64,000 nt of DNA from Akkermansia muciniphila. GTDB lineage: Bacteria; Verrucomicrobiota; Kiritimatiellia; RFP12; JAAYNR01. Each line of letters opens with the position of its first letter. Position 1 is the stretch's first letter. The translations under genes and the position numbers were made by a program. The DNA is taken from assembly GCA_945870025.1 (NCBI GenBank), contig CAMBQN010000002.1, positions 75,762 through 139,761 on the forward strand, written 5' to 3'. Under the pieces are notes generated by a model. That model searched no databases. It worked only from the letters and a program-made list of their open reading frames with translations, and had not been told where the DNA came from. This document shows positions 51,522-61,400 of the stretch, in pieces.

Positions 51522-54500
51522 TCAATAGCCCACCGAAACGCACACCTTGCCGCTAACTGTCGGCAGTTCCACATCGCCGCTCCTGGCATCGAACGCCTGC
51601 GAGGCGCGTCCGTTGATCGTGACGGTCTGGATCGGTTTCTTTTCCGGGTGACGGAAGCGCAGCAACAACCGCTCAGGCTTCGCGCGGAGTTCCAGTGCAA
51701 CTTCCGCCTCAATCTTCCCGGCCGCCAGTTGCGGACGGTACTCGACCGAAACGATGCCAGCCGGTGTACTCAGCCGCGTGGCGCTAAAAGCCTGTTCCTG
51801 CGCAAACCAGGCGCGGGGAATGGCGCGGCCAAGGTGCAGCAACCCCTCCCGCTCGTAAACGAACAGGTAGGCCAGCCACTTCACGGCGTTGGACTGATCG
51901 CTGGTCTTGAAGGGCGCGCAGTTGCCAAAGCCGAGCACCGGCTGGGGATGCTCAACAAAGGCCTGCGATTCGGATCGATAACACGCGGCCCAGGCGTTGA
52001 AGAACATCCAGAGGTACACCTCAATCTCGTCGCGGTCGAGGTGCGGCAACAGGCCGGCGAGCAGCGCCGGTTGCGGGCAGATGCCGCCGCAGTCGAACCA
52101 CTGCGTCTGCGGATCTTCCATCACGTAGCTGTACGGTGCGTTCATGTAGCGGGTATCGAGGTAGTCGTCGAGAATCCAGCCCGCCTGCTTGCTCTTCGGC
52201 GCATAGAGCCCGGAGATCAGCAGGTAGACGGAGCCTTCCAAAGTCTCGCGGATCCAACCGTAGTCGCGGCCCCGGCAGTACAGGCGCGAGGGATAGTGCG
52301 GGATCCAACGCCCGTCGCGAAGGCGGATCAGCGGGCTGTGCCGGCGCGCGGTCTCGAAGCCGGCGATCAGCGAACGGCGGTAGGCGTCGGCTTCGCGCCG
52401 CAAGCGCGCGGCTTCCGGATGCTCGAATCGTTCCAAGGCCTCTGCGGCGCTGTTCAAGCCCCGCCACGTCAGCGCGTTGGTGCTCAGCCAGTAGAAGTAG
52501 TCGTCCACATCCTCCAGGGCACCGGCGGCCAGGAAGCCGCGCTCCCAGCCGCGGGAATGCGGCTCCGGCTTGAACGTCTCGCGCCGCTGCCGGACAATCC
52601 AGTTCGACCCCAGCACCACCGCCTCCGCGACGCCGGCGAACCAGTCGCGGTCGCCGGTGTGCAGATAATGCGCCGCCAGCGCCCACAAGGCCCAGCCATG
52701 ATGCTGATCGTAGCTGTCGCCCCACTGCAGCCCGCCGGCGCCGAACAGGACGCCCTCGTGATCCGTAAAACGCCCCTTGAGCCCGGCCGTACCCTGATAC
52801 TTGACCCAGATGCCCAAGCGCCGCCGCACTTCGTCCGGGAGCCCCCGCTGCTGCAACTCCTCGACCACCATGACCGACTCATTGGTGCAGTTGCCATAGG
52901 TGGTTGTGCCGACCGAGGTGTTGACCAGCCCCGAGCCGTCCGGATAGCCGAGATCGGTCATCAGCACCATCGGAAGGTGCCCCGTGTAAACGGCGTTCAG
53001 ATGCGGCTCCGGCGTCTGAATCTGCGCACCCTTGCGCCCTTCCGTGCGCCAGTACTGCGCCATCTCGCCGTAGCACCGGTCGAAATCAAGCGCGCGCAGC
53101 GCCGCGAGGTCTGCCTCGTCAGCCATGGCCACATACGGAATGCGCACCAGCAACTCACACCGTGCACCGGGGGCAAGTTCCTTCCGGAAACGCACCGTAT
53201 CGCCGAGCGCATCGGTCTGCATGTCCGTCTGGAAAGCCAGGCGTAACACCTGCTCGCCCTTGAAGTCGCCCAGCACCTTGTCGCCTTCGATGGTCAGCGT
53301 CTCCCGCGCGCATCGCGGCAGCAAGGTGTCGGTCTGCTTATCGGCGCTATTCAGGTTGCGGGCCTCCCGGCGGTTGGCGATGCGTACCGCCGAGTGACTG
53401 TAGGCAAGCGGCAACTCGGCGGTGGCCGGCCGGTCGCTGAGGTTCTCGAAGCGGAAGCGGATCAGCGCGACCATGGTCGCGTCTGGCACCGGTTCGCCGG
53501 CCAGCATGGCGTGCGCCAGGGGCACGGCAAAGGACTTCTGAACGGCACGCACCGCATCGCGCCGGAACTGCAGATTGTTTGACATCACCGGCCAGGGATC
53601 GTTGTGACGACCCTCCACGGCCCACCGGTCGAAACCGAAGAAAATGCGTGCATTGCCGTCATTCTTCCAGCGGGGCGTATCTGCCGCGGGCGGCTGCTGG
53701 ATCAGCCACTGCGTCAGCTCGACATCGCCGCACGGCTCGATCCAAAATTTCTGCCGGGCATGCTTGGCGCCGCAGCAGTACGCAATCGGATGAGGCCGCA
53801 TCTGTCCGTTCATGGCGCCGGCCAGCGACTGCTCGGCACGCGCCGCAACCTGCTGGGCAATGGTCAGGCACGGCTTGGTGCGGGCGCGATACTGTTCAAA
53901 CGTCTCCGGATCATCGGCCCGGGCGATGTAGATCCCCGACTCGGCAAACCAGATCGGGCCTTCCTTTGCCAGTGAGGTCAGGGAGATGGTGAAGGCATCT
54001 TTCCCCAGCCCGAACAAGACGTGGCCATCATCGTGTGCGTAGCCGTGGACCGGGAGCATGTGCGCGACATCCAGTCCAAAGGAGGCTTTGCGCCCCGTAC
54101 CCACGCGCACGCCACTGCCGTTGACACGTGTGCCACTGCCGACGGTCACGCGGCTGACGACCGCGTTGTAGCCAGACACCTCGATCGCCTGGGCGGCGGT
54201 CCGCTTCCCGGCATGCAACTCGACCCGCAGCGCCGTGCGGGTCGGTTGCGAGCGGGTGAAGACCCGGATCGCGCGCACGGCCGCACCGTCTCCCATCACG
54301 CGCACCCCGACGGTCCGGCGAAAGGTCACCGCGTAGTCGGACACATCGGGCATTTCGGACGTCAGCAGCTTGAACGTATAGCGCAGCGTGTGCGCGTTGA
54401 CCCGGGTGACGTTCGTCGCCGCGTCCACCCAGGCCGGCGTAAAGAGGTCATCCATGCGCTGCCACCCGACATTAATCGGGCGATCGGTGTCCAGGTAGAG

Positions 54501-54677
54501 CGTGCGTTCGACGCGCCCCTGCGGCCATGTCTTGCGCATATACTGCAAACTGGAAGTCTTGGGTGCCGGTCCGGCGAAATCCACTTCGACGGTCTCGATG
54601 TCCCGCGATTCCTCGAACTTCAACTCCCCCGCCGGGCCGTTGGGCATGGCAAAGGGGGCAATATCAAAAGGCTTCAT
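51522..54677 (-). CDS. Large (1,051 aa) hypothetical toroid-like protein, paralog of 12779-15976
   Basis: The ORF-track ORF runs to 55178, but its upstream 167 codons overlap the URO-D-like gene. ATG 54677 (MKPFDIAPFAMPNGPAGELKFEE) aligns with MTRFDIAPFALANAPAGELKFEE of the paralog and forms the same ATGA overlap (54674-54677). Confidence 0.6.
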   Translation of the reverse strand: MKPFDIAPFAMPNGPAGELKFEESRDIETVEVDFAGPAPKTSSLQYMRKTWPQGRVERTLYLDTDRPINVGWQRMDDLFTPAWVDAATNVTRVNAHTLRYTFKLLTSEMPDVSDYAVTFRRTVGVRVMGDGAAVRAIRVFTRSQPTRTALRVELHAGKRTAAQAIEVSGYNAVVSRVTVGSGTRVNGSGVRVGTGRKASFGLDVAHMLPVHGYAHDDGHVLFGLGKDAFTISLTSLAKEGPIWFAESGIYIARADDPETFEQYRARTKPCLTIAQQVAARAEQSLAGAMNGQMRPHPIAYCCGAKHARQKFWIEPCGDVELTQWLIQQPPAADTPRWKNDGNARIFFGFDRWAVEGRHNDPWPVMSNNLQFRRDAVRAVQKSFAVPLAHAMLAGEPVPDATMVALIRFRFENLSDRPATAELPLAYSHSAVRIANRREARNLNSADKQTDTLLPRCARETLTIEGDKVLGDFKGEQVLRLAFQTDMQTDALGDTVRFRKELAPGARCELLVRIPYVAMADEADLAALRALDFDRCYGEMAQYWRTEGRKGAQIQTPEPHLNAVYTGHLPMVLMTDLGYPDGSGLVNTSVGTTTYGNCTNESVMVVEELQQRGLPDEVRRRLGIWVKYQGTAGLKGRFTDHEGVLFGAGGLQWGDSYDQHHGWALWALAAHYLHTGDRDWFAGVAEAVVLGSNWIVRQRRETFKPEPHSRGWERGFLAAGALEDVDDYFYWLSTNALTWRGLNSAAEALERFEHPEAARLRREADAYRRSLIAGFETARRHSPLIRLRDGRWIPHYPSRLYCRGRDYGWIRETLEGSVYLLISGLYAPKSKQAGWILDDYLDTRYMNAPYSYVMEDPQTQWFDCGGICPQPALLAGLLPHLDRDEIEVYLWMFFNAWAACYRSESQAFVEHPQPVLGFGNCAPFKTSDQSNAVKWLAYLFVYEREGLLHLGRAIPRAWFAQEQAFSATRLSTPAGIVSVEYRPQLAAGKIEAEVALELRAKPERLLLRFRHPEKKPIQTVTINGRASQAFDARSGDVELPTVSGKVCVSVGY

Positions 54678-55780
54678 TTTCGTGCTTCCTCCATATACGC
54701 ATCCAGGTTCGCCGCCGGCGTGCCGAGCACGATCGGCGAGCCGTTGGCGATCACGAACGCCCCCTCGGCGGCGGCCCGGCGCTGGCGGCGCACCTCGGCG
54801 CGGATGGCATCCGGTGTGCCCCAGAGCAGCAGGTTGCTGTCCAGGTTGCCGAACAGGCAGGTCTCGGGGCGAAGCATGCGCCGGATCTCCAGCGGATCGA
54901 GCGCAAACCCCTTCTTGTCCTCCTCGACCAACAGCCCCGCCATGTTGAGGCTGTTGAGCCAACCCATGTGGGGGCGCACATCCCCCAGCCAGTAGCCGAT
55001 GGGGAGCAGACCGGCCTTCCGGATTTCGGCGTAGAGCCAGCGCTTGCCTTCGGCCTGTACGCGCTCCTCCAGCGCCGGCGAGAGTTGGCCAAGACTGCCG
55101 CCGAACCCCTCCGAGATAATGTAGGCATCGGCGCCGCAAGCCTTCGCCGCGTGCACCCGAAGCATGAAACTCTCGCATTGCCGACGGATCGCGTGGGCGA
55201 CCCGTTCAGGCGTCTCGAAAGCGGCAACCACGGACTCTTCGTACGGCACCCCGGGAAGTCCGTTCATGCCGTCATTGATCGCGATGAAGACCCGGTCGCC
55301 GAAGGCCTCGGCCAATTGCTTCATGTGGTCGAACGTGCCGGACGCCAGAATCGCGTCCACGGTCGTCCGGTCGGCGTCAAAGTACTCGTCGATCGCCGCC
55401 CGTGACTCCAGCGTCAGGCGGGGTCCCGTGTAAGGCGTAGCGGGCACGGCCGGATCCGGAGCCAGGCTGTAGTCCGCCTTGATTTCGAGCCAGCGCTGGC
55501 CGTCCTCACTGCGCAGAAAGGCACGCTTGCCCTCCACGCGGCGTTCGCGTTTCCACGTCACGGGCCCGGCGGCCGAGCCGCAGTGGATCCAGTCCGGCTG
55601 GAACCGCTCGTAGAAGGTGGTTTCGACGCCTGCCAGTTCTGGGCCGCCCTGGCAGTACTGGAACTTCGGGTTGAATCCGGCGAACTCCACCTTGAAGTCG
55701 CCCCAAGTATGGAACACCGCCGGCGAGTTTGCACCCCGTTCGCCGGACAAAACTCTCATCATTCGCTCTTTGCTCGTCAT
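54674..55780 (-). CDS. URO-D family protein, paralog of 15973-17079
   Basis: 368 aa; ATG 55780 with GGAGG 9 nt upstream. MTSKERMMRVLSGERG... It is collinear with the 15973-17079 product and has the same C-terminus, ...LLLWGTPDAIRAEVRRQRRAAAEGAFVIANGSPIVLGTPAANLDAYMEEARK. Confidence 0.6.
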   Translation of the reverse strand: MTSKERMMRVLSGERGANSPAVFHTWGDFKVEFAGFNPKFQYCQGGPELAGVETTFYERFQPDWIHCGSAAGPVTWKRERRVEGKRAFLRSEDGQRWLEIKADYSLAPDPAVPATPYTGPRLTLESRAAIDEYFDADRTTVDAILASGTFDHMKQLAEAFGDRVFIAINDGMNGLPGVPYEESVVAAFETPERVAHAIRRQCESFMLRVHAAKACGADAYIISEGFGGSLGQLSPALEERVQAEGKRWLYAEIRKAGLLPIGYWLGDVRPHMGWLNSLNMAGLLVEEDKKGFALDPLEIRRMLRPETCLFGNLDSNLLLWGTPDAIRAEVRRQRRAAAEGAFVIANGSPIVLGTPAANLDAYMEEARK

Positions 55781-55862
55781 CGATCTGTGCCTCCGGATAC
55801 ATTCACGCGCCCCCGGCTAAGGGGCGACCTCGGCCCAATGGTTACCACGATCTCTCTTCCAA

Positions 55863-55908
55863 GACAAGGATAAAGACAAGGATAAAGACAATGATCGGAC
55901 AAGATTCG
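55863..55908. repeat. Four tandem ~11-12-nt direct repeats upstream of the second URO-D cassette
   Basis: gacaaggataaa (55863-55874), gacaaggataaa (55875-55886), gacaatgatcg (55887-55897), gacaagattcg (55898-55908). They lie 83-128 nt upstream of ATG 55780. Confidence 0.6.
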
Positions 55909-55944
55909 GGTCCGTCCCTAATCCGCCTTGTTGCTTCACACGTT

Positions 55945-58164
55945 CTATGCGGATCCATCATTGTGTGGGTGCTTTCGACTCAGCGCCCCATCCAGTACCG
56001 CCATCTCTTCCGGTTTGAGGGTCAGATGGGCCTGCGCGCCGGAGTGGGCGTACCACAGATCGCACGCGCCGCCTCGCGCGCTGCGAATGGTTGCCTCCAC
56101 GAGCCGGCCGTTGCGCCATTTCAAGCCCACCTCAAACCCGCCTCGGGCTTTGAGCCCCGCGACGCTGCCATCGGGCCACACCACCGGGAGGGCGGGCAGG
56201 AGTTGGATGGTTCCTTCATGGCTCTGAACCAGCATCTCGGCCATGGCCGCCACAGCCCCGAAGTTCCCGTCGATCTGAAACGGTGGATGCGCGTCGAAGA
56301 GGTTGGCGTAGGTTCCGCCGGCATTCTCGTAATCGGTGTGCGTCGCGGTCACCGGATCCAGCAGGTTCTTGAGCAGCCGGTACGCATGATCGCCGTCCCG
56401 CAGCCGGGCCCAGAGCGCAATCTTCCAGGCGCGCGACCAGCCCGTGCCACCGTCGCCGCGGCCGTTCAATGAAGTCTTCACGGCGGCCACGTAGCGGTCC
56501 GCATCGAGCGCTTTCCCGGCACCCCCCGGACCGCTGCGCGGGCACATCTGCCGCCCGGGATACGTCCCGATCAAATGTGAAACGTGCCGATGGTGATCCT
56601 CGGGATCGTCAATGTCGGCCAGCCACTCCTGCAACTGGCCCCACCTCCCGATCTTCGGCACGAGCAGGCGATCCCGCAGGTCGCTCACTCGCCGGCGGTA
56701 CTCCGGATCCACGCCCAGCACCTCGGCGGCGGCCATGTAGTGGGTCAACAGGTCCCAGACCAGCTCCTGATCGTAGCTCAGGCCCACCGCATCGGTGGCC
56801 CCGTGCTCCGGCGAAAATCCCGGCGGCCCGATCAACGATCCGTCCGGCAGGGGACGCAGTTGATCCTCCCAGAACTCCACGCATTCCTTCATCAGCGGGT
56901 ACGCCGTGGCGCGCAGGAACTCGATATCGCCGGTAAAGGCGAAGTGCTCCCAGAAGTGCTGGCAATACCACGCGTTGACCGGCGTGTTCCACCAGGCGGC
57001 ATCTCCACCATAGGGGTTGGACATCGTCCGGACCGTCCAGCCGCGCACGGCGCGGCCGTCTGCCAACTGAAACTCCGCCGCCTGCTGCGTGTGCTTGCGA
57101 TAGGCCGGGAGTTGGGACAGGACAAAATCAAATAGTGGCGCGTGACACTCGGACAGGTTGGTCGTCTCCGCCGGCCAGTAGCACATCTGCACATTGATGT
57201 TGGTGTGATAGTCGGCAGTCCAAGGCGGATTGTTGCTGTCGTTCCACACCCCCTGCAGGTTCGCCGGCAGCGACCCGGGGCGCGATGACGAGATCAGCAG
57301 GTACCGCCCGAACTGGAAATAGAGAGCCACCAGATCCGGGTCCGCATCATCCTGGGCATTGGCGATCAGGCGCTGATCGGTCGGCAGGGCCCGCCGCTCC
57401 GGCCGTGTCCGGCCCAGATCGATGCTCACCCGGTCAAACAAGGCCCTGTAGTCGCCAACATGGCGGGCGCGCAACGTCGCGTACGCTTGCGACGCTGCCG
57501 TGCTGATCTGCGCAGTCACCGCATCGTGCGGATTATCACCCATCCAACGGCGGCTGGCGTCCGGCACATAGCTGGTGCCGGCGGCCAGAAACAGCGTAAG
57601 CGAATCACAGCCCGTGAACTCCAGCCGTGTGCCCGAAACAGCCACCGACCCGCCCGCGCTGCGCACCACAAGCTGCGCTTCATACCGTTCGCCGTTGGCC
57701 AGTTGCCCGGCGAACATCAGGCCGGTCTCGCCCGGAATCGGCCGCGCGACATCCTCATGCTCACCGCCCAGTTCCATCCAGCCCGTGCAGGAACCGGGCT
57801 TGTCGGCCGTGAACTGCCCGACGATCACCTGATCGGGATAGCTGGCGAACCACTCCCGGCGATACTGGATGCCGTTCGCCTCATACCGCACACCTGCCGT
57901 GGCCGTGCTCAGGTCCAGATCGCGGCGGTATGGGCTGGGGTTGCCGTGGTGGGTGAACCCGATGTTCACGTTCCCCATGGCCTGATACGCCCCGAAGTCA
58001 TTCGGTTCCTCCGATCCGGTCCAGAGGCTGATTTCGTTGAACTGGATTCGCTCCCGATCCACCCCTCCGAACACCATCGCCCCCAGCCGTCCGCACCCAA
58101 TGGGCAGCGCTTCGGTCATCCAGGCCTCGGCCGGCCGGTCGTACCACAACGTCAAATCCATCAT
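55945..58164 (-). CDS. GH95 family alpha-L-fucosidase/alpha-L-galactosidase
   Basis: 739 aa. The N-terminus [47 protein letters not shown] is the canonical GH95 start. The C-terminus [36 protein letters not shown] is the GH95 C-terminal sandwich. Confidence 0.9.
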   Translation of the reverse strand: MMDLTLWYDRPAEAWMTEALPIGCGRLGAMVFGGVDRERIQFNEISLWTGSEEPNDFGAYQAMGNVNIGFTHHGNPSPYRRDLDLSTATAGVRYEANGIQYRREWFASYPDQVIVGQFTADKPGSCTGWMELGGEHEDVARPIPGETGLMFAGQLANGERYEAQLVVRSAGGSVAVSGTRLEFTGCDSLTLFLAAGTSYVPDASRRWMGDNPHDAVTAQISTAASQAYATLRARHVGDYRALFDRVSIDLGRTRPERRALPTDQRLIANAQDDADPDLVALYFQFGRYLLISSSRPGSLPANLQGVWNDSNNPPWTADYHTNINVQMCYWPAETTNLSECHAPLFDFVLSQLPAYRKHTQQAAEFQLADGRAVRGWTVRTMSNPYGGDAAWWNTPVNAWYCQHFWEHFAFTGDIEFLRATAYPLMKECVEFWEDQLRPLPDGSLIGPPGFSPEHGATDAVGLSYDQELVWDLLTHYMAAAEVLGVDPEYRRRVSDLRDRLLVPKIGRWGQLQEWLADIDDPEDHHRHVSHLIGTYPGRQMCPRSGPGGAGKALDADRYVAAVKTSLNGRGDGGTGWSRAWKIALWARLRDGDHAYRLLKNLLDPVTATHTDYENAGGTYANLFDAHPPFQIDGNFGAVAAMAEMLVQSHEGTIQLLPALPVVWPDGSVAGLKARGGFEVGLKWRNGRLVEATIRSARGGACDLWYAHSGAQAHLTLKPEEMAVLDGALSRKHPHNDGSA

Positions 58165-58248
58165 ATCAACAGCTCCCTATAGGCCCGATCAAGGCCCGCT
58201 TATCCCGCGGTTTTCACGGGGTTGCCAATTAATTTGATTAGCCCATGC

Positions 58249-60912
58249 TCAGAGACATCGCAACCGCACCGGCCCGAGCAGGCCCGAGGGATCCTGACTG
58301 AGGTAGCGGGAGAAGTCGTCCTTCAAGGCATAGACCAGGGTGTTGGTCACTTCGATGCGCAGCGTGTTATCGCCGGACTGGAGCGCAGCCGTCGCCTCAA
58401 AGATGTACGGACGGCAGATCCGTGTTCCGAGCGCAATCCCGTTCAGCCAGACTTGCGCCACTTCGCCGACCTCGCCCAAATCCAGGCATACGTTCTCCCC
58501 ACCTGATACGTTGGCGGTAAACCGCGTGTCATAACGGATCGTGCCGGAAAAATCGGGCAGCAGCCCCGGCTGGCACAGGTTGACCAGCCCATCCAGCGAG
58601 CGCCAGGGCGTGAACACCGGGTACGCCTCGGAAACCGCCGTTGACACCTGCCACGGAGAAGGCTGCAAAGGAACCACGCGTCTCGCGCCGCTCCAGCGCG
58701 CCACAACCGGAGCTTCCGATACATCGCCGGACAGCAGAATGACGGACTCGTCGGGGCTGAGCGCAAGCTCCACGCGTCGGCCGGAATCTTCCTTCCGGGC
58801 CGGCATCGCCGCCAGCCGGTTGGCAAAGGGATCGTAGGCAACCACCCGCTCCGCGCCTTCCAGATAGACCGAGGTGCGGATGGCTTTGTAGGGATCTTCG
58901 TTGAAGAACATCCAGACGGATAACCCGTCGTGGCGGTATTCATAACGTCGGAGGTAGGGCTCGTGGGAACTGGTCCTCACACCCGTCAACCCCCACGTCC
59001 GCAGCAATGCCGGGAGTGCCTCAAGTTCCGCCACGCAGGCATTCGGGTGTCTGCGCAACGCTTGCAACTCATCCCCTGTCGAAGCGACTTCCGTTATCGC
59101 CGACGGCCAATCCCGAACACACACGATTTTCACGCCCTGCTTCGCGAGCGAGAGTACTGTTGTCACAACCGCCTGCGGCAACCGCTGAGCCCATGGCACA
59201 ATCAGGCATCCATAGGTTTCGTGGTTGATCCGGAGTTTGCCTTCACCCACACTCGCGCCACTGGCCAGCACATCGGCGGGCACAATATCGGCATCAAGCT
59301 GTGCCTGCATGAGCACGCGCATGGGATCCTTGACGGACATGGTGTCGCCCGACCATTCCGCTTCGGCATGGTAAAGCACGGCGGCTTCCGCGATGTGCCG
59401 CCCGTCGCTCAGCAGGTGGCTCACCCGGTTGGTGTATTCCATCAGCAGCCGGAAATGGCGATACTGCGGGTTCTTTCCGCAGGCATAGAAATGGGGCGGG
59501 CAGTCGGGGTCCGGGAACTCCTTGGCCGAGAAGGCATGCGGCACGTAGGTGTTGATCCCCCGAACCAGCATGTGGTCTGTGAGCCACTTCATCAGCCGCA
59601 ATCCTGCGGTCCAACCGTAAGCGCCGAAGATTTCGCACATGGCCCGTCCGTGTTTCTTCGGGTCGATATGCGCATGCGAGGCGCCGAGCTTGGCCAGCGC
59701 GTAGTGATAAAACTCGCCGTCGGCCGGGTCGCCGGACCAGGTGGCCCAATTGAACGCGCGCTGATCGAGCCCGGGGCGGATCTGCCCGAGCACCACATCA
59801 ATGCCGCTCATGGTCTGACCGTCCATGGCGCGGAAGAAGTGGGGCGCGCTCGCCCCGAGGCGCGTATGGGCGTCGTTATCCTCGATAATATGCCCGATAT
59901 ACTCCACGCCGCGTTCGACGCACCACGCGCCGATCTGCCCGGCGAAACATTCGCCGTACAAGCGGCTGACGAGATTCATGTAGGCATAGCGAACGGCCGG
60001 TGTCGCGGCGCCGCTGTCGTACCAGAGCCCCGGCAGGCTGGTGATCAGATCGCCGTCGAATTCCCGCGCGAGGTCGGACAGCAGGTCTTTCCGCCACGGC
60101 AGCACCAGGCCGGGGCGTCCGAGGGAGACGTTGTAGAGCCCGCCGCCGTTGCCAATGTTGGGTTCGTCGCTGAAGAAGCCGGCGAAGGTCTGACCGAAGT
60201 CGGACTTGTAGCGTGCGTAGTGCGGCTCGTAGACGGCCTCGATCAGCACGCGGGCCGACTCACGGTCGATGGGGTTGATATAGTTGGGGTCCCCTCCCCC
60301 ATACGGCGTCTGAACCATCATGAATATGCGCCAGTGTCCAGACGGGATATCCCAATGCAGGCGTCCGTCAACCACCTGCGCGGTCAGATCCAGGGACGAC
60401 CCAACGGCCGGAACGCCGGTCGGCGTCAGCGGCATGGCCACCACGGCCAGCAACCGGTCTTCGGCTGCGAATTGCCAGCCGTTGCCCGCCGTCGGCGCCC
60501 GCAGCCATCGCTCGATCAGGACCGAGGCGCCGGCCTGCGGACCCACCACGTCCAAGTGTCGTTCCGAAAGATAAATCTTCTTGTGCTCGGGAAACTTGTC
60601 GCGTATCCAGCCATTGGCAAAGCCGGTTGGAAAATGCGCGTCGTCCAGCACCCAGACCTTCATCCCCCGGCGTCGCGCCTCGTCCATGATGATGTCCATA
60701 TCCTGCCACCACTGTGGGCCGCAGAAATCCGGGTGCGGACGCGACTCCACGCAGACCGCGCCGATGGACGCCTCGTTGATGCGCGCCATCTCCTCGCGAA
60801 GCACCGCCTCGCTCTCGCCATGCTGCCAAAAGAACGGGAGCAGGTGATTCCCGTGCCGGTTAGCCAACACGTCCTGAATGCGTTGGTTCCCAATGATTGT
60901 CGCCGCACGCAT
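58249..60912 (-). CDS. Cytoplasmic glycoside-hydrolase-like protein with a C-terminal jelly-roll domain (GH106-related or unassigned)
   Basis: 887 aa with no signal peptide. The N-terminus HLLPFFWQHGESEAVLREEMARINEASIGAVCVESRPHPDFCGPQWWQDMDIIMDEARRRGMKVWVLDDAHFPTGFANG is a TIM-barrel-type pattern. The C-terminus VWLNGIALGTRICRPYIFEATAALQSGDNTLRIEVTNTLV is jelly-roll-like. Confidence 0.5.
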   Translation of the reverse strand: MRAATIIGNQRIQDVLANRHGNHLLPFFWQHGESEAVLREEMARINEASIGAVCVESRPHPDFCGPQWWQDMDIIMDEARRRGMKVWVLDDAHFPTGFANGWIRDKFPEHKKIYLSERHLDVVGPQAGASVLIERWLRAPTAGNGWQFAAEDRLLAVVAMPLTPTGVPAVGSSLDLTAQVVDGRLHWDIPSGHWRIFMMVQTPYGGGDPNYINPIDRESARVLIEAVYEPHYARYKSDFGQTFAGFFSDEPNIGNGGGLYNVSLGRPGLVLPWRKDLLSDLAREFDGDLITSLPGLWYDSGAATPAVRYAYMNLVSRLYGECFAGQIGAWCVERGVEYIGHIIEDNDAHTRLGASAPHFFRAMDGQTMSGIDVVLGQIRPGLDQRAFNWATWSGDPADGEFYHYALAKLGASHAHIDPKKHGRAMCEIFGAYGWTAGLRLMKWLTDHMLVRGINTYVPHAFSAKEFPDPDCPPHFYACGKNPQYRHFRLLMEYTNRVSHLLSDGRHIAEAAVLYHAEAEWSGDTMSVKDPMRVLMQAQLDADIVPADVLASGASVGEGKLRINHETYGCLIVPWAQRLPQAVVTTVLSLAKQGVKIVCVRDWPSAITEVASTGDELQALRRHPNACVAELEALPALLRTWGLTGVRTSSHEPYLRRYEYRHDGLSVWMFFNEDPYKAIRTSVYLEGAERVVAYDPFANRLAAMPARKEDSGRRVELALSPDESVILLSGDVSEAPVVARWSGARRVVPLQPSPWQVSTAVSEAYPVFTPWRSLDGLVNLCQPGLLPDFSGTIRYDTRFTANVSGGENVCLDLGEVGEVAQVWLNGIALGTRICRPYIFEATAALQSGDNTLRIEVTNTLVYALKDDFSRYLSQDPSGLLGPVRLRCL

Positions 60913-60935
60913 GGTTGTATCCTTTATCTATTGAG

Positions 60936-61076
60936 CCGCTTGCAAAACCCTGTTTTGCAAGCGGAGTGTTCAGGCGTCAGGTTTCGGGTATCAGGATGAA
61001 CCACACGATGTTGCATCTTCCTGAAACCTGAACACTGAAACCTGAAACCGGCGCTTGCAGGGGTTCTGCAAGCGCC
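60936..61076. repeat. 141-bp composite palindromic element with inverted heptad arrays
   Basis: Hairpin 1: 13-bp stem, 60936-60964. Hairpin 2: 11-bp stem, 61050-61076. Both have a CTTGCA/TGCAAG core. Between them are 4 x 7-nt-spaced TC(A/G)GG (60970-60995) and 4 x 7-nt-spaced (C/A)CTGA (61020-61045) in inverted orientation. The element lies in a divergent promoter region. Confidence 0.75.
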
Positions 61077-61400
61077 TCTATTGTGTCTCGAACCCCGTAT
61101 TCATGGGTGACAGTGTACGATCACCTGCAGGGTCAAAGCAAGAGTACGATTAAGATTTCGAATGGGTGTAACCCGCAAAACATATCAGGCTTGCTCGCGC
61201 GCCGGAATGTGCTATTCTTTTGCGAATTTTTTCAGGCCGAGGTGTCGTTGCGTTCGTGTGCGCAGGGCGGCCATGACTGAATCGTTGCTGCCTCCGCCTG
61301 CATGACCTGAGGGATATTGCAGTCGCTATTGCCGCGGTGAAAGAGTATCTTGTAAATTTTGTTGGAATTTCTGATTGACCGGGTAATGAGGTGGCAGTTC

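Noticed and set aside
54678-55178. N-terminal 167-codon extension of the 51522-55178 ORF
   Set aside because: The extension overlaps the URO-D-like gene in another frame and is Arg/Gly/Pro-rich. The paralog alignment and the ATGA junction support ATG 54677 as the true start.
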